In this document: positions 51,207 through 60,201 of the stretch, piece after piece
Position numbering within the stretch: the first letter of the stretch is position 1
Layout of the letters: the number at the start of each line of letters is the position of its first letter
NCBI GenBank assembly: GCA_036960375.1
Contig: JBALVY010000001.1
Location: 716,906 to 780,905 of the forward strand
Direction: 5' to 3'
DNA length: 64,000 nt
Origin: Pseudomonadales bacterium
GTDB lineage: Bacteria; Pseudomonadota; Gammaproteobacteria; Pseudomonadales; CAWVSB01
Position numbers and translations under genes: made by a program
Notes under the pieces: model-generated
The model's database searches: none
What the model saw: only the letters and a program-made list of their open reading frames with translations
Told to the model about the DNA's origin: nothing

Positions 51207-52937
51207 TCAGGTTTTCCAAATATTCTGTTCTATATTGTTGCGCGTGAGAACGCCTAATATACCTTGATTGTTTGTTGTGCTAGTACGGCGTATTAGCAGT
51301 ACCCGGACTTTATGTTTGTTCAGATCCAGCCATGCTTGCTTGAGACTCGCCGTGTTATCAATGGTAATGGTGGGCCGGTGGTGACTGGAGCTTAAAAGAT
51401 CGACATTCTCCTCGGTGTTCCCTGCCGAAATCTCGTTGAGCTCGCCGCCCTTAATCGCACGAAGCTTATTATCTTCTTCTACCAAAATCCAGTCAGGCTT
51501 AGTTGCTTGTAATTTATCTAGCTGTTCTACCGAGAGATGACGCGGGCTGTGCTGAAAGCTGCTCGACATCAGGCTGGTAACCCCTCTGCGCTGTAATGCC
51601 AGGCTCATAGGGTCGTTGGCTACCGTGATGCCAAAATGGGTGAGTGTAGCGGCGACAGCAGAAGGCTGACGGAATAGGCTGCGATGGGTAATATTAGTGA
51701 CCGTGATAACCAGCAGGCCGGGAAATATCATCGCCGGATTCCATGTCAGTTCTACCAGCGCTAATAAAGCCGCCAAAGGCGCATTGAGCATCGCCGCCAT
51801 CATTGCCGCCATGCCAAGTAATACATAGAGTTCGCTGTCGATGGCCAGACCGGGCATTAATATTGTCCCTGCATAGCCGATCAGGCCCCCTACGCTGGCA
51901 CCGATAAACAGTGCCGGACCTATCATGCCGCCAGGAACTCCCAGACCAACACAAGCAGAGCTGGCAATTAATTTGGCGATGATGACCAGAATGAATGTGA
52001 TTGGCAGCCAGCTTTCGCTGACCAGACTGGCAAGAGTGTCGTAGCCCGTGCCCAGTATTTGTGGTGCAGCCAGTCCGCACAATCCGCAAATAACTCCGGC
52101 CAGTGCAATGCGGGCCCAAATGGCGCTGGGTCCGTTGCGTAGCCAGAATTTAATTAACCGCACAAAGACCATGCTGGTGGTGGCAGTAGCTAACGCGACC
52201 AGCATGACCCAAGAGAGCTCGGGAAGGCTGGTTAGAGCTCCCTCAGCGTGCGGCAAAACTTGTATATCCCCATATACCAATCGAGTTACGAAGGTGCCGC
52301 AGACTGCGGCGAGCATAATGGGCATAAAACCGGCGATGGTATATTCCATTAATACCACCTCCATCGCAAAGATGATGCCAGCAATGGGTGTATTGAAGGA
52401 GGCGGCGATGGCGGCAGCGGTTCCGCAGCCCACCAAAATTGTGAGGCTGTTATTGGGTAGCCCCAGACGTTGGCCAAGCAGCGAAGCAGTAGCCGAACCC
52501 AAATGGACGGCGGGGCCCTCACGGCCAACCGACATGCCGGTTCCCAGTGCCAAAGCTCCGCCAAATAGTTGCACTAAGGCGTTTTGCCAGGGCAGGCGAC
52601 CGTGAAGATTGTGTACGGCATGCACAGTATGAGCCACGCCTGTTTGGCTATGCCCCTGACCAAAACGTTGTAATAAAATACCCAATAACAGACCACCGCT
52701 GGCCGGTAGCACAAAATACAACCACGGCGGCATGGATTCAAAATCCTCTGGGTCACCAGAGAAAAAGTACTCCAGGGGCAGTTCAAACAGGCTGCGAAAC
52801 AGCACCATGACCAGCCCCGTCATTAGACCAATGACAATACCGGCTATTGCATAAGGGACTGTAGCGCCTTCACTGGCAAGTTCATGGTGCCAATTGGGTA
52901 CCACTTTTTGCCACCATCTGTTCGACTGATTGCCCAT
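51207..52937 (-). CDS. ClC family chloride channel protein with degenerate CBS region
   Basis: GREGP, FNTPIAGIIFAMEV, GTGYD and LNAPLAA motifs; start uncertain (52937 or 53006). Confidence 0.9.
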   Translation of the reverse strand: MGNQSNRWWQKVVPNWHHELASEGATVPYAIAGIVIGLMTGLVMVLFRSLFELPLEYFFSGDPEDFESMPPWLYFVLPASGGLLLGILLQRFGQGHSQTGVAHTVHAVHNLHGRLPWQNALVQLFGGALALGTGMSVGREGPAVHLGSATASLLGQRLGLPNNSLTILVGCGTAAAIAASFNTPIAGIIFAMEVVLMEYTIAGFMPIMLAAVCGTFVTRLVYGDIQVLPHAEGALTSLPELSWVMLVALATATTSMVFVRLIKFWLRNGPSAIWARIALAGVICGLCGLAAPQILGTGYDTLASLVSESWLPITFILVIIAKLIASSACVGLGVPGGMIGPALFIGASVGGLIGYAGTILMPGLAIDSELYVLLGMAAMMAAMLNAPLAALLALVELTWNPAMIFPGLLVITVTNITHRSLFRQPSAVAATLTHFGITVANDPMSLALQRRGVTSLMSSSFQHSPRHLSVEQLDKLQATKPDWILVEEDNKLRAIKGGELNEISAGNTEENVDLLSSSHHRPTITIDNTASLKQAWLDLNKHKVRVLLIRRTSTTNNQGILGVLTRNNIEQNIWKT

Positions 52938-53063
52938 AAAATCGTTTTGTGCATTCCTTGAGGTGAATTCAGGCGCGCTTTTAGATAGCATGCATGGTGT
53001 ATTCATTGTCTTACAGAAAGACGTGCACCGCTAGTGATCAGTGGGGCACCAAGGAGATAGGTC

Positions 53064-54095
53064 GTGATCAAGGTAGGAATTGTTGGCGGAACCGGCTATA
53101 CCGGAGTGGAATTATTGCGTCTTCTGGCTACACATCCGGAAGCAGAAGTGGTGGCAATTACCTCGCGTAGTGAGGCCGGCGTGCGAGTTGACCAGATGTT
53201 TCCCAGTCTCAGGGGTTTTTATGACCTGCGGTTTAGCGTGCCAGATTCGAAGGTTTTGGCTGCCTGTGATGTGGTATTTTTTGCCACCCCGCATGGTGTT
53301 GCTCAGGGCATGATGGCGGAGCTGGCGCTGGGTGACGCACGCGTGATCGATTTATCCGCGGATTTTCGAATTCGTGACATAGCCACGTGGGAACAATGGT
53401 ATGGCCAGCCTCACGGTTGCCCTGAGAAAGTAGCGCAAGCGGTCTACGGTTTACCCGAAGTGAACAGGGAACAGATTCGCAATGCGAGTTTGGTAGCCTG
53501 CCCTGGCTGTTATCCGACCTCTATTCAGTTGGGTTTTCTACCGCTGATTAAGGCAGGCATAATTGACCCGCAACGTTTGATCGCCAATTCAGTTTCGGGT
53601 GTCAGTGGTGGGGGCAAGGCCGCCAAGGTGGATTTTTTGCTGACCGAATGCGCAGACAGTTTCAAGGCTTATGCTGTGCCTGGGCATAGACATTTACCCG
53701 AAATTAAACAAGGGCTTGTCGACTTGGCAGGCACTGATGTGGGGCTGACTTTTGTGCCGCACCTGGTGCCGATGATTAGAGGTATGCACAGCACGCTCTA
53801 TGCCACGCTGACCGATACTTCGGTTGATTTACAGGCATTGTACGAAGAGGTCTTTGCCAATGAACCTTTTGTCGATGTGATGCCTGCTGGAGAGCATCCA
53901 CAGACCCGTACCGTGCGCGGAACAAACCTGTGTCGTATTGCTGTTCACAGACCTGCTGATAGTGATCAGGTGGTCGTATTGTCGGTGATTGATAATCTTA
54001 CCAAGGGAGCCTCTGGTCAGGCGCTGCAGAATATGAATATTATGTTTGGTCTTGATGAAACTCTGGGTTTGCGCGCGCCAGCTTTGATTCCCTAA
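53064..54095 (+). CDS. argC: N-acetyl-gamma-glutamyl-phosphate reductase
   Basis: GGTGYTG, DLSADFR, PGCYPT, HRHLPEI and [11 protein letters not shown] motifs. Confidence 0.98.
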   Translation: MIKVGIVGGTGYTGVELLRLLATHPEAEVVAITSRSEAGVRVDQMFPSLRGFYDLRFSVPDSKVLAACDVVFFATPHGVAQGMMAELALGDARVIDLSADFRIRDIATWEQWYGQPHGCPEKVAQAVYGLPEVNREQIRNASLVACPGCYPTSIQLGFLPLIKAGIIDPQRLIANSVSGVSGGGKAAKVDFLLTECADSFKAYAVPGHRHLPEIKQGLVDLAGTDVGLTFVPHLVPMIRGMHSTLYATLTDTSVDLQALYEEVFANEPFVDVMPAGEHPQTRTVRGTNLCRIAVHRPADSDQVVVLSVIDNLTKGASGQALQNMNIMFGLDETLGLRAPALIP

Positions 54096-54817
54096 TGAAT
54101 CCGCTTAAGGCTACGCAAGATCGCGATGGTTCCAAGACTGCGTCTGCTCGCCCATGGCGCAGCCGCTATATTGAGATTTTCGTAGCGGTTTTACTGCTCT
54201 TGGCATGTATTGCCGGAGTCTATCTTGGTAGTGTGTTTGGCGCAGATTATGGCGCTGAACGCATGCGTTTTCTCAATGAGCTGGAGTTGCAATACCAAAC
54301 GCTGCAGCAGCAACTCTCGGTAAAGGAAGATGAGTTGGCGGTGATCCAGGTGGGCGCCAACATTGATCGGCAGTCTGCAGAGCAGGTACGGCAGCTACTG
54401 GTAGAAAAAGATAAAGAGTTGGCGACGCTGCGCCAGGATTTAGCGTTTTATCGCAGCATGATGACGCCTACTGAGACCGAACGTGGGCTGATTGTGGGAG
54501 ACATGACACTGTGGCCGGCTAGTGTGCCTTATCGCTATCGTTACCGCTTTTCCATGAAGCAACTGGCCCTCAAGCACCGTCTGATTAGCGTACGGCTCAC
54601 TATGTCTATTGGCGGGCATACGCAGCACGAGGCTGCGACCATTCCGCTGGGAGAGGTGAAAACAATCAAGTTTCGTTATTATCAGAATATGGAGGGTGAG
54701 TTCACCCTGCCAGAGGGCTTTGGACCAGAGCGCGTGTTTATTCATGCGGAGGTGATCAAGGGGGACAAGCAGCTGCTAGAGCGAGAGATGACGTGGGAAC
54801 AAGCGTTTGATGAGTAG
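54095..54817 (+). CDS. Membrane-anchored coiled-coil protein (DUF6776-like)
   Basis: TM, coiled coil, LAFYRSMM, FRYYQNMEG.FTLPEGFGPERV; TAATG overlap with argC. Confidence 0.8.
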   Translation: MNPLKATQDRDGSKTASARPWRSRYIEIFVAVLLLLACIAGVYLGSVFGADYGAERMRFLNELELQYQTLQQQLSVKEDELAVIQVGANIDRQSAEQVRQLLVEKDKELATLRQDLAFYRSMMTPTETERGLIVGDMTLWPASVPYRYRYRFSMKQLALKHRLISVRLTMSIGGHTQHEAATIPLGEVKTIKFRYYQNMEGEFTLPEGFGPERVFIHAEVIKGDKQLLEREMTWEQAFDE

Positions 54818-54880
54818 CTCGGTCTGGCTGCCGGCTACCTGAATACGGCTAGAAGCACGACCGTTGGCGCTTTTGTTGTA

Positions 54881-54913
54881 GTACTTGACCAATTTACTTG
54901 GTTAAAGGATAAT
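54881..54913 (+). promoter_or_regulatory. sigma70 promoter overlapped by a probable IscR type-1 site
   Basis: TTGACC-17 bp-GATAAT; GTACTTGACCAATTTACTTGGTTAA resembles the IscR type-1 motif known upstream of erpA. Confidence 0.65.
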
Positions 54914-54950
54914 GGCGGTCTGAATTATGGCAAGACTATCCGAGGTATTT

Positions 54951-55304
54951 ATGTCCGCCGCCGAACAATACACCCCTGTCAGCATGAGTTTTACTGATAA
55001 AGCTGCAGAAAAAGTACGCAAACTGATGGCTGAAGAGGCTAATGAGCAGTTGAAGTTGCGCGTGTTTGTTACGGGTGGAGGCTGTTCCGGCTTTCAATAC
55101 GGATTTACCTTCGATGAGATAATGGCCGAAGACGACACCGCAATCGATAATAGCGGCGTTACGCTGGTAGTCGATCCTCTGAGCTATCAGTACCTGGTCG
55201 GTGGCGAGGTAGATTATACCGAGGGCCTAGAGGGTTCACGGTTTATTGTGACCAACCCCAATGCTGAAAGCACTTGTGGTTGCGGTTCTTCATTTTCCAT
55301 CTAG
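54951..55304 (+). CDS. erpA: Iron-sulfur cluster insertion protein ErpA
   Basis: [14 protein letters not shown] and TCGCGSSF motifs; GAGG RBS. Confidence 0.96.
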   Translation: MSAAEQYTPVSMSFTDKAAEKVRKLMAEEANEQLKLRVFVTGGGCSGFQYGFTFDEIMAEDDTAIDNSGVTLVVDPLSYQYLVGGEVDYTEGLEGSRFIVTNPNAESTCGCGSSFSI

Positions 55305-55357
55305 CATTAAGACATCGCAGGGGTAGCGACTAAGCTGCGGCTTACAGGAGCGTTACC

Positions 55358-55804
55358 GTGAAATATATGCTTGCCCTGTTATTGTTATGTTTACCTTCCG
55401 TTCTGTTGGCACAGCCGAATTTTTCCCAGCAACCCCCTACTGACCAATCAAATTATCTTGCTCAAATAGAGCTGCATACGATATCCGAGCTTCATGCTTT
55501 GCTGCAGCGTACCGACACGCTTTTTAATGAAGGCCAACTCGACAGGCAGTCGCCGGTTGTATTTGTTCTGCATGGCGATGAAGGCCGGGCTTTTATGAAA
55601 GATAGCTACCAAATGAACAAGGAAGTTGTCGATCTTGCCGCTCGGCTGACCGCGTTTCAGGCAGTAGATATTAGAGTCTGTGAAACCTGGATGGGTAGTA
55701 GAGGTCTGGATAAAACCGGCCTGCAGCCCTTTGTCGATTCTGTGCCTGTTGGTCCGGCAGAAGTTATTCGTTTAATAGAAGAAGAGCAGTACAGTTATTT
55801 CTAG
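55358..55804 (+). CDS. Secreted DsrE-like protein
   Basis: Signal peptide; VVFVLHG, DIRVCETW and terminal YSYF pattern; AGGAG RBS. Confidence 0.7.
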   Translation: MKYMLALLLLCLPSVLLAQPNFSQQPPTDQSNYLAQIELHTISELHALLQRTDTLFNEGQLDRQSPVVFVLHGDEGRAFMKDSYQMNKEVVDLAARLTAFQAVDIRVCETWMGSRGLDKTGLQPFVDSVPVGPAEVIRLIEEEQYSYF

Positions 55805-55904
55805 GGCACCCCAGAGCCTGTTAAGTCTATGCCCCCTCAATTAGTTCTTAGTCTGCGCTTTGCGATATAGTGCGCTATTGTTTTGTAGTAAGCAGTGTCT
55901 GAAC

Positions 55905-56942
55905 ATGGATTCATTATTATTTCTGGCCATTGGCGCGGCCGCTTCACAGCTGATTTTGATGTTGCTTCAGTTGTACCGCCAATGGCAGGGTACAATTCAA
56001 CAGCAGCTGTATGTCTTATTAATGTTGGCTGTTATGGGTTATTTGTTGGCGCCGCTCACCGGGGGCAGCTGGCTGACCCTATTAACTTCGCCGTTGCAAA
56101 CGGCTGTGCCGGGTCTGTTCTGGTTATTTAGTGCCAGCCTGTTTGATGACAACTTTGTATTGCGGCGCTGGAAAATAGCGCTGGTTGCGCTGACCATTGC
56201 GCTACCAGAGCTGGATAGGTTTCTGGGCTATGTTGGCGTCAATGGCTCTGACGCCTTATTGCTTTGGCTACCACAAGCCCTGGAGTTTGTTTTGCTGGCG
56301 CTGGCTTTGTCGGAAGTCGCCAGGTATTGGCAGGTCGATTTAGTGCAGTCACGGCGTAGATTACGCTTATGGTTTGCTGCTGTTGTTGGCTTGTATCTCT
56401 TTTTCTTGATCTTCTTGCGCGAGCTGGTTTTTGACGGTAGCGCAGGTTTTGCCGTTGTCCAGTATGCATCTGCTGCCATTTTACTGCTGCTGATCAATCA
56501 TCTATTACTGAGAGTATCCGCTGGTCTATTGTTTGAAGAGGGCAGGCTAACCATTACTTCGACGCCGGCCGTTGTGCCTGAAGAGTGTTCAGAAGATCCC
56601 GTGCTAGATAAGACGCTGGAATCACTCACAGTATTAATGGAGCAGGGTTATTATCGAGAGATGAGTTTGACCATCGGCAAGCTGGCTCAAGAGCTGGCTT
56701 TACCTGAGTATAAATTACGGCAATTGATTAACAGCCAGCTGGGCTATCGCAATTTTAATGATTATCTCAATCGTTACCGTATTGAAGAGGCTGCAGTCCG
56801 CCTGCGAGACCCGGCCCAGAGGCAATTACCTATATTGACCATTGCCATGGACTGCGGTTTTCGTTCCCTCAGTTCATTCAATAAGAGTTTTCGTGATACT
56901 CATACTATGACGCCAACCGCATGGCGCAAATCTCTCGATTAA
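55905..56942 (+). CDS. Membrane-bound AraC family transcriptional regulator
   Basis: Multi-TM N-terminus; LGYRNFNDYLNRYRI, IAMDCGFRSLSSFN and TPTAWR HTH region. Confidence 0.92.
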   Translation: MDSLLFLAIGAAASQLILMLLQLYRQWQGTIQQQLYVLLMLAVMGYLLAPLTGGSWLTLLTSPLQTAVPGLFWLFSASLFDDNFVLRRWKIALVALTIALPELDRFLGYVGVNGSDALLLWLPQALEFVLLALALSEVARYWQVDLVQSRRRLRLWFAAVVGLYLFFLIFLRELVFDGSAGFAVVQYASAAILLLLINHLLLRVSAGLLFEEGRLTITSTPAVVPEECSEDPVLDKTLESLTVLMEQGYYREMSLTIGKLAQELALPEYKLRQLINSQLGYRNFNDYLNRYRIEEAAVRLRDPAQRQLPILTIAMDCGFRSLSSFNKSFRDTHTMTPTAWRKSLD

Positions 56943-56960
56943 GCTCTACGCTAGTGTGCC

Positions 56961-58751
56961 TTAGGCAAACTGGCGGATGACGGCCAGAAACTCGTCACCG
57001 TAACGCTCGAGTTTGGCATCACCTACACCATTCAGTGCGAGTAGCTGCACGGGCCCATTTGGCATGTACTCCATCATTTCCATCAGTGTAGCGTCGTGGA
57101 ATATGACATAGGGAGGCACACCGTGTTCTTCTGATAGCCGCTTACGGCATTCGCGTAGTGCGTCCCATAGTTCTTGTCGGTGTTCAGCGACAGCACGTTT
57201 GGCAGGTTTGGTTTTGCGTTCAGGTTTAAGCTTCAGCTCTCGTCGCAGGCTAAGTTGTATCTCGCCACGCAGTAAAGCTCGGCTTTGCTCGGTAAGCACC
57301 AGCGCGCCGTAGCGATCTACCTGGTTGTGTAAATAGCCTTGCACCAAAAGCTGGCGAATAATCGAGCGCCATTGCTGGTCGTCGAGATCTTCGCCGATAC
57401 CAAATGTGCTAAGTTCGGCATGATTAAACTGCGTTACTTTATTGCTTTGTTTGCCGCGCAAGACATCAATTACATGACCTGCGCCAAATCGTTGTCCAGT
57501 GCGGTATACGCAAGACAGCAGTTTTTGTGCCGCTTGAGTTGCATCCCAGGTTTCGGGTGGGTTCAGGCAAGTATCACAGTTACCGCAGGCCTGCTCCTGC
57601 TGGTCGCCAAAGTATTCCAATAGCGCCCCTCGGCGGCAGTTGGTGATCTCACACCAGCCGAGTAAGCCGTCCAGTTTATGTCGTTCCGACCGTTTGTGCT
57701 CTTCGGCTGCGCTAGACTCCTCCGTCATTTGGCGCAGGCGCACGACGTCTTGCAAGCCGTAAACCATCCAGGCGTCGGCATGTTCGCCATCGCGACCGGC
57801 GCGACCGGTTTCCTGATAATAGGCCTCAATACTTTTTGGCAAATCCATGTGGGCCACGAAGCGAACGTCGGGTTTGTCTATGCCCATGCCAAAAGCAATT
57901 GTGGCGACCACAATGACATGTTCTTCTCGCAAAAAACGCTGTTGGTTATGGCTGCGAGTCTCCGCATTCAGGCCAGCATGGTAAGGAATGGCAGTAAAGC
58001 CACGGCCACACAACCATTCGGCCGTCGATTCGACTTTCTTGCGAGACATGCAGTAGATAATGCCCGCTTCCTCGCGGTGATCTTGCAAAAATTGTAGTAG
58101 CTGACGCTTTGCGTCTATTTTAGCCTGTACGGTGTAGCGAATATTTGGACGATCAAAACTGCTGACAAATCTTCGTGGTTTGCTCAGTTGCAGGCGATCG
58201 ATGATTTCGTCGCGGGTTCTGTCGTCGGCCGTTGCAGTTAGCGCGATACGAGGTACCGAAGGAAAAATATCCGCCAATACGTGCAAGGAGAGATAATCCG
58301 AGCGGAAGTCATGACCCCACTGCGAGACACAGTGTGCTTCGTCAATGGCAATAAGCGATAATTTTAATTGGCTTAACCAATTCAGGGTTGAGTTCTGGAT
58401 AAGCCGCTCAGGTGCTATATAAAGCATTTGAAGTTTGCCAGTGCTGGCAGCATTCATTACTGCAGACTGTTGACTGGAGGAGAGACTGGAGTTCAAGTAG
58501 GCCGCAGAAACGCCGAGCAGTTCCAAGGCCTCAACCTGATCTTGCATCAGGGCAATCAAGGGAGAGACAATGACGCCCATGCCTTCGCCGACAATGGCAG
58601 GAATTTGGTAACACAGGGATTTACCACCCCCGGTCGGCATCAGCACAAGACTGTCACCGCCCGCGAGGGTATGTTCAATTATTTCCGCCTGCGGACCGCG
58701 AAAAGCCTGATAGCCCCAAGTGTGGGTCAGTAGTTCCTGCGCTCTATTCAT
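56961..58751 (-). CDS. recQ: ATP-dependent DNA helicase RecQ
   Basis: MPTGGGKS, DEAHCVSQWGHDFR, QETGRAGRDG, zinc-binding CRR...CGNCDTC, RQC and HRDC domains. Confidence 0.98.
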   Translation of the reverse strand: MNRAQELLTHTWGYQAFRGPQAEIIEHTLAGGDSLVLMPTGGGKSLCYQIPAIVGEGMGVIVSPLIALMQDQVEALELLGVSAAYLNSSLSSSQQSAVMNAASTGKLQMLYIAPERLIQNSTLNWLSQLKLSLIAIDEAHCVSQWGHDFRSDYLSLHVLADIFPSVPRIALTATADDRTRDEIIDRLQLSKPRRFVSSFDRPNIRYTVQAKIDAKRQLLQFLQDHREEAGIIYCMSRKKVESTAEWLCGRGFTAIPYHAGLNAETRSHNQQRFLREEHVIVVATIAFGMGIDKPDVRFVAHMDLPKSIEAYYQETGRAGRDGEHADAWMVYGLQDVVRLRQMTEESSAAEEHKRSERHKLDGLLGWCEITNCRRGALLEYFGDQQEQACGNCDTCLNPPETWDATQAAQKLLSCVYRTGQRFGAGHVIDVLRGKQSNKVTQFNHAELSTFGIGEDLDDQQWRSIIRQLLVQGYLHNQVDRYGALVLTEQSRALLRGEIQLSLRRELKLKPERKTKPAKRAVAEHRQELWDALRECRKRLSEEHGVPPYVIFHDATLMEMMEYMPNGPVQLLALNGVGDAKLERYGDEFLAVIRQFA

Positions 58752-58786
58752 TGGCGGATTGGACGTCGGTGCTAATGCTTAAATTA

Positions 58787-59191
58787 TCAGCTAATGATAC
58801 CGCCGCCGCCCATGCCGCCGCCCATACCGCCGCCCATACCGCCCATGCCACCGCCTTGGCCGGGTAGGACAATGGAGCTGGCTTGCTCGCGACGCATTTC
58901 TTCAATTTTCTTGATGGTTTCATCAAGTGAAACCTTTGCGTTTTCACCAAATTTCTCGGCAGCTTCTGTAAGGTCTGCGGCGTCTATTTCAAAATTCAGC
59001 GGTAATGCACCGCCTGGCGTCATAACCTGCGTTTCACCACTGAAGATGACTGTGCGGCTGGTATCGGGCTGGCCGTTGCCATCGACCGGCGTTAGCCGAC
59101 GAATAGTGCCAATTTTTCGGTCGGTAAAAACTTCGTCGCGATATAGATCATTGGCGTCCATACGGATTTCGAGAGAATCTTGTTGAGTCAT
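58787..59191 (-). CDS. Hypothetical protein with Gly/Met repeat tail
   Basis: LYRDEVFTDRKIGTIRRLTPV core, helical region, tail SSIVLPGQGGGMGGMGGGMGGGMGGGGIIS. Confidence 0.85.
   Translation of the reverse strand: MTQQDSLEIRMDANDLYRDEVFTDRKIGTIRRLTPVDGNGQPDTSRTVIFSGETQVMTPGGALPLNFEIDAADLTEAAEKFGENAKVSLDETIKKIEEMRREQASSIVLPGQGGGMGGMGGGMGGGMGGGGIIS
58800..58856 (-). repeat. (GGGM)n-coding tandem repeat
   Basis: Plus strand carries repeated ccgccgcccat units. Confidence 0.85.
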
Positions 59192-59346
59192 AGTCGTCTT
59201 CTAGCAATTCAATTGAATGCGCTACCCTACCAGATTGCGCGCCTGCTTTCACTTCGCAAACGCTAAACTTTATTGATCGCATGAGTAGCTAAGAACGGCT
59301 GTGTTTCCACGCCATTTATGACCGGTTGGCGGTCGATCGGAAGATA

Positions 59347-60201
59347 TCAGCTGTCACTAAAATCATGATCGAGGAAATAATCGATATGCGGCATCAGTTG
59401 CTTTGCTTTTGTCAGTAGAAATAGATGTCCGCAATCCATCAGCAATAGTGATGCATTGGGTATCAAATAAGTCAGCAAATGAGCGTTCAACTGCGGCGTG
59501 ATGGGGTCGTCTTTACCGGCAATTACCAGCGTAGGCTGCTTAAGGCGGTGCAGCCAGTGAATACTGGTCCAGCCCGTTAGTGCGAAAAGTTGATGGTAGT
59601 AACCCTTAAGGCTGGGGGCTTGCATATTAACGGCATATTCCATGGCTGCATCAGGGTCATTGCGCAGGGTGCCGCCATAAAGCGTGCCGACGATACTGCG
59701 TAAGAAATCAGGGTCCAGATAACGTCTTGGGCTAAGCATATTCTTCAGTGCTTCAAGCTTGCCTGGAACCATGACTTGTCCTGTACTGGTAGCACAGAGA
59801 ACAAGCCTGCGGCATCTGTCTGCGTACTGACGCGCAAATTGCTGGGCGGCCATCCCGCCCCAGGAAATGCCGAGTACGTCGACTTTCTCAATGCCCAATT
59901 CATCTAACAGTCGGGCTGATAAACGTGCAAAGTGCCGGTGTCGGTAGGGTCTTTTTGCCGTTTCTGACTGGCCTGCACCAGGCGCGTCAAAAATAATAAT
60001 GTATCTATCTGATGCTTTTATAAATGCGCTCAGCAGCTCTATTGAGCCGCCAATACCATTAAATAGTAGAAAGGGCAGCCCTTTGCCTGGGCGAATACCT
60101 ACCCGAAGGTTTATACCCCGTACCCTGATGTGACGGATTTCCATGCCATCAGGTAATGCCCGATCAATACGCGCGTCATCTACTGACTTGGGCTTACTCA
60201 T
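59347..60201 (-). CDS. phaZ: Poly(3-hydroxyalkanoate) depolymerase
   Basis: FNGIG, FDAPGAG, lipase box GISWG, PRRY, GWTSIHWL and GHLFLL; overlaps the phaC stop. Confidence 0.9.
   Translation of the reverse strand: MSKPKSVDDARIDRALPDGMEIRHIRVRGINLRVGIRPGKGLPFLLFNGIGGSIELLSAFIKASDRYIIIFDAPGAGQSETAKRPYRHRHFARLSARLLDELGIEKVDVLGISWGGMAAQQFARQYADRCRRLVLCATSTGQVMVPGKLEALKNMLSPRRYLDPDFLRSIVGTLYGGTLRNDPDAAMEYAVNMQAPSLKGYYHQLFALTGWTSIHWLHRLKQPTLVIAGKDDPITPQLNAHLLTYLIPNASLLLMDCGHLFLLTKAKQLMPHIDYFLDHDFSDS

Noticed and set aside
58794-59186. Poly-Pro plus-strand ORF
   Set aside because: Antisense reading of the GGM tail gene.
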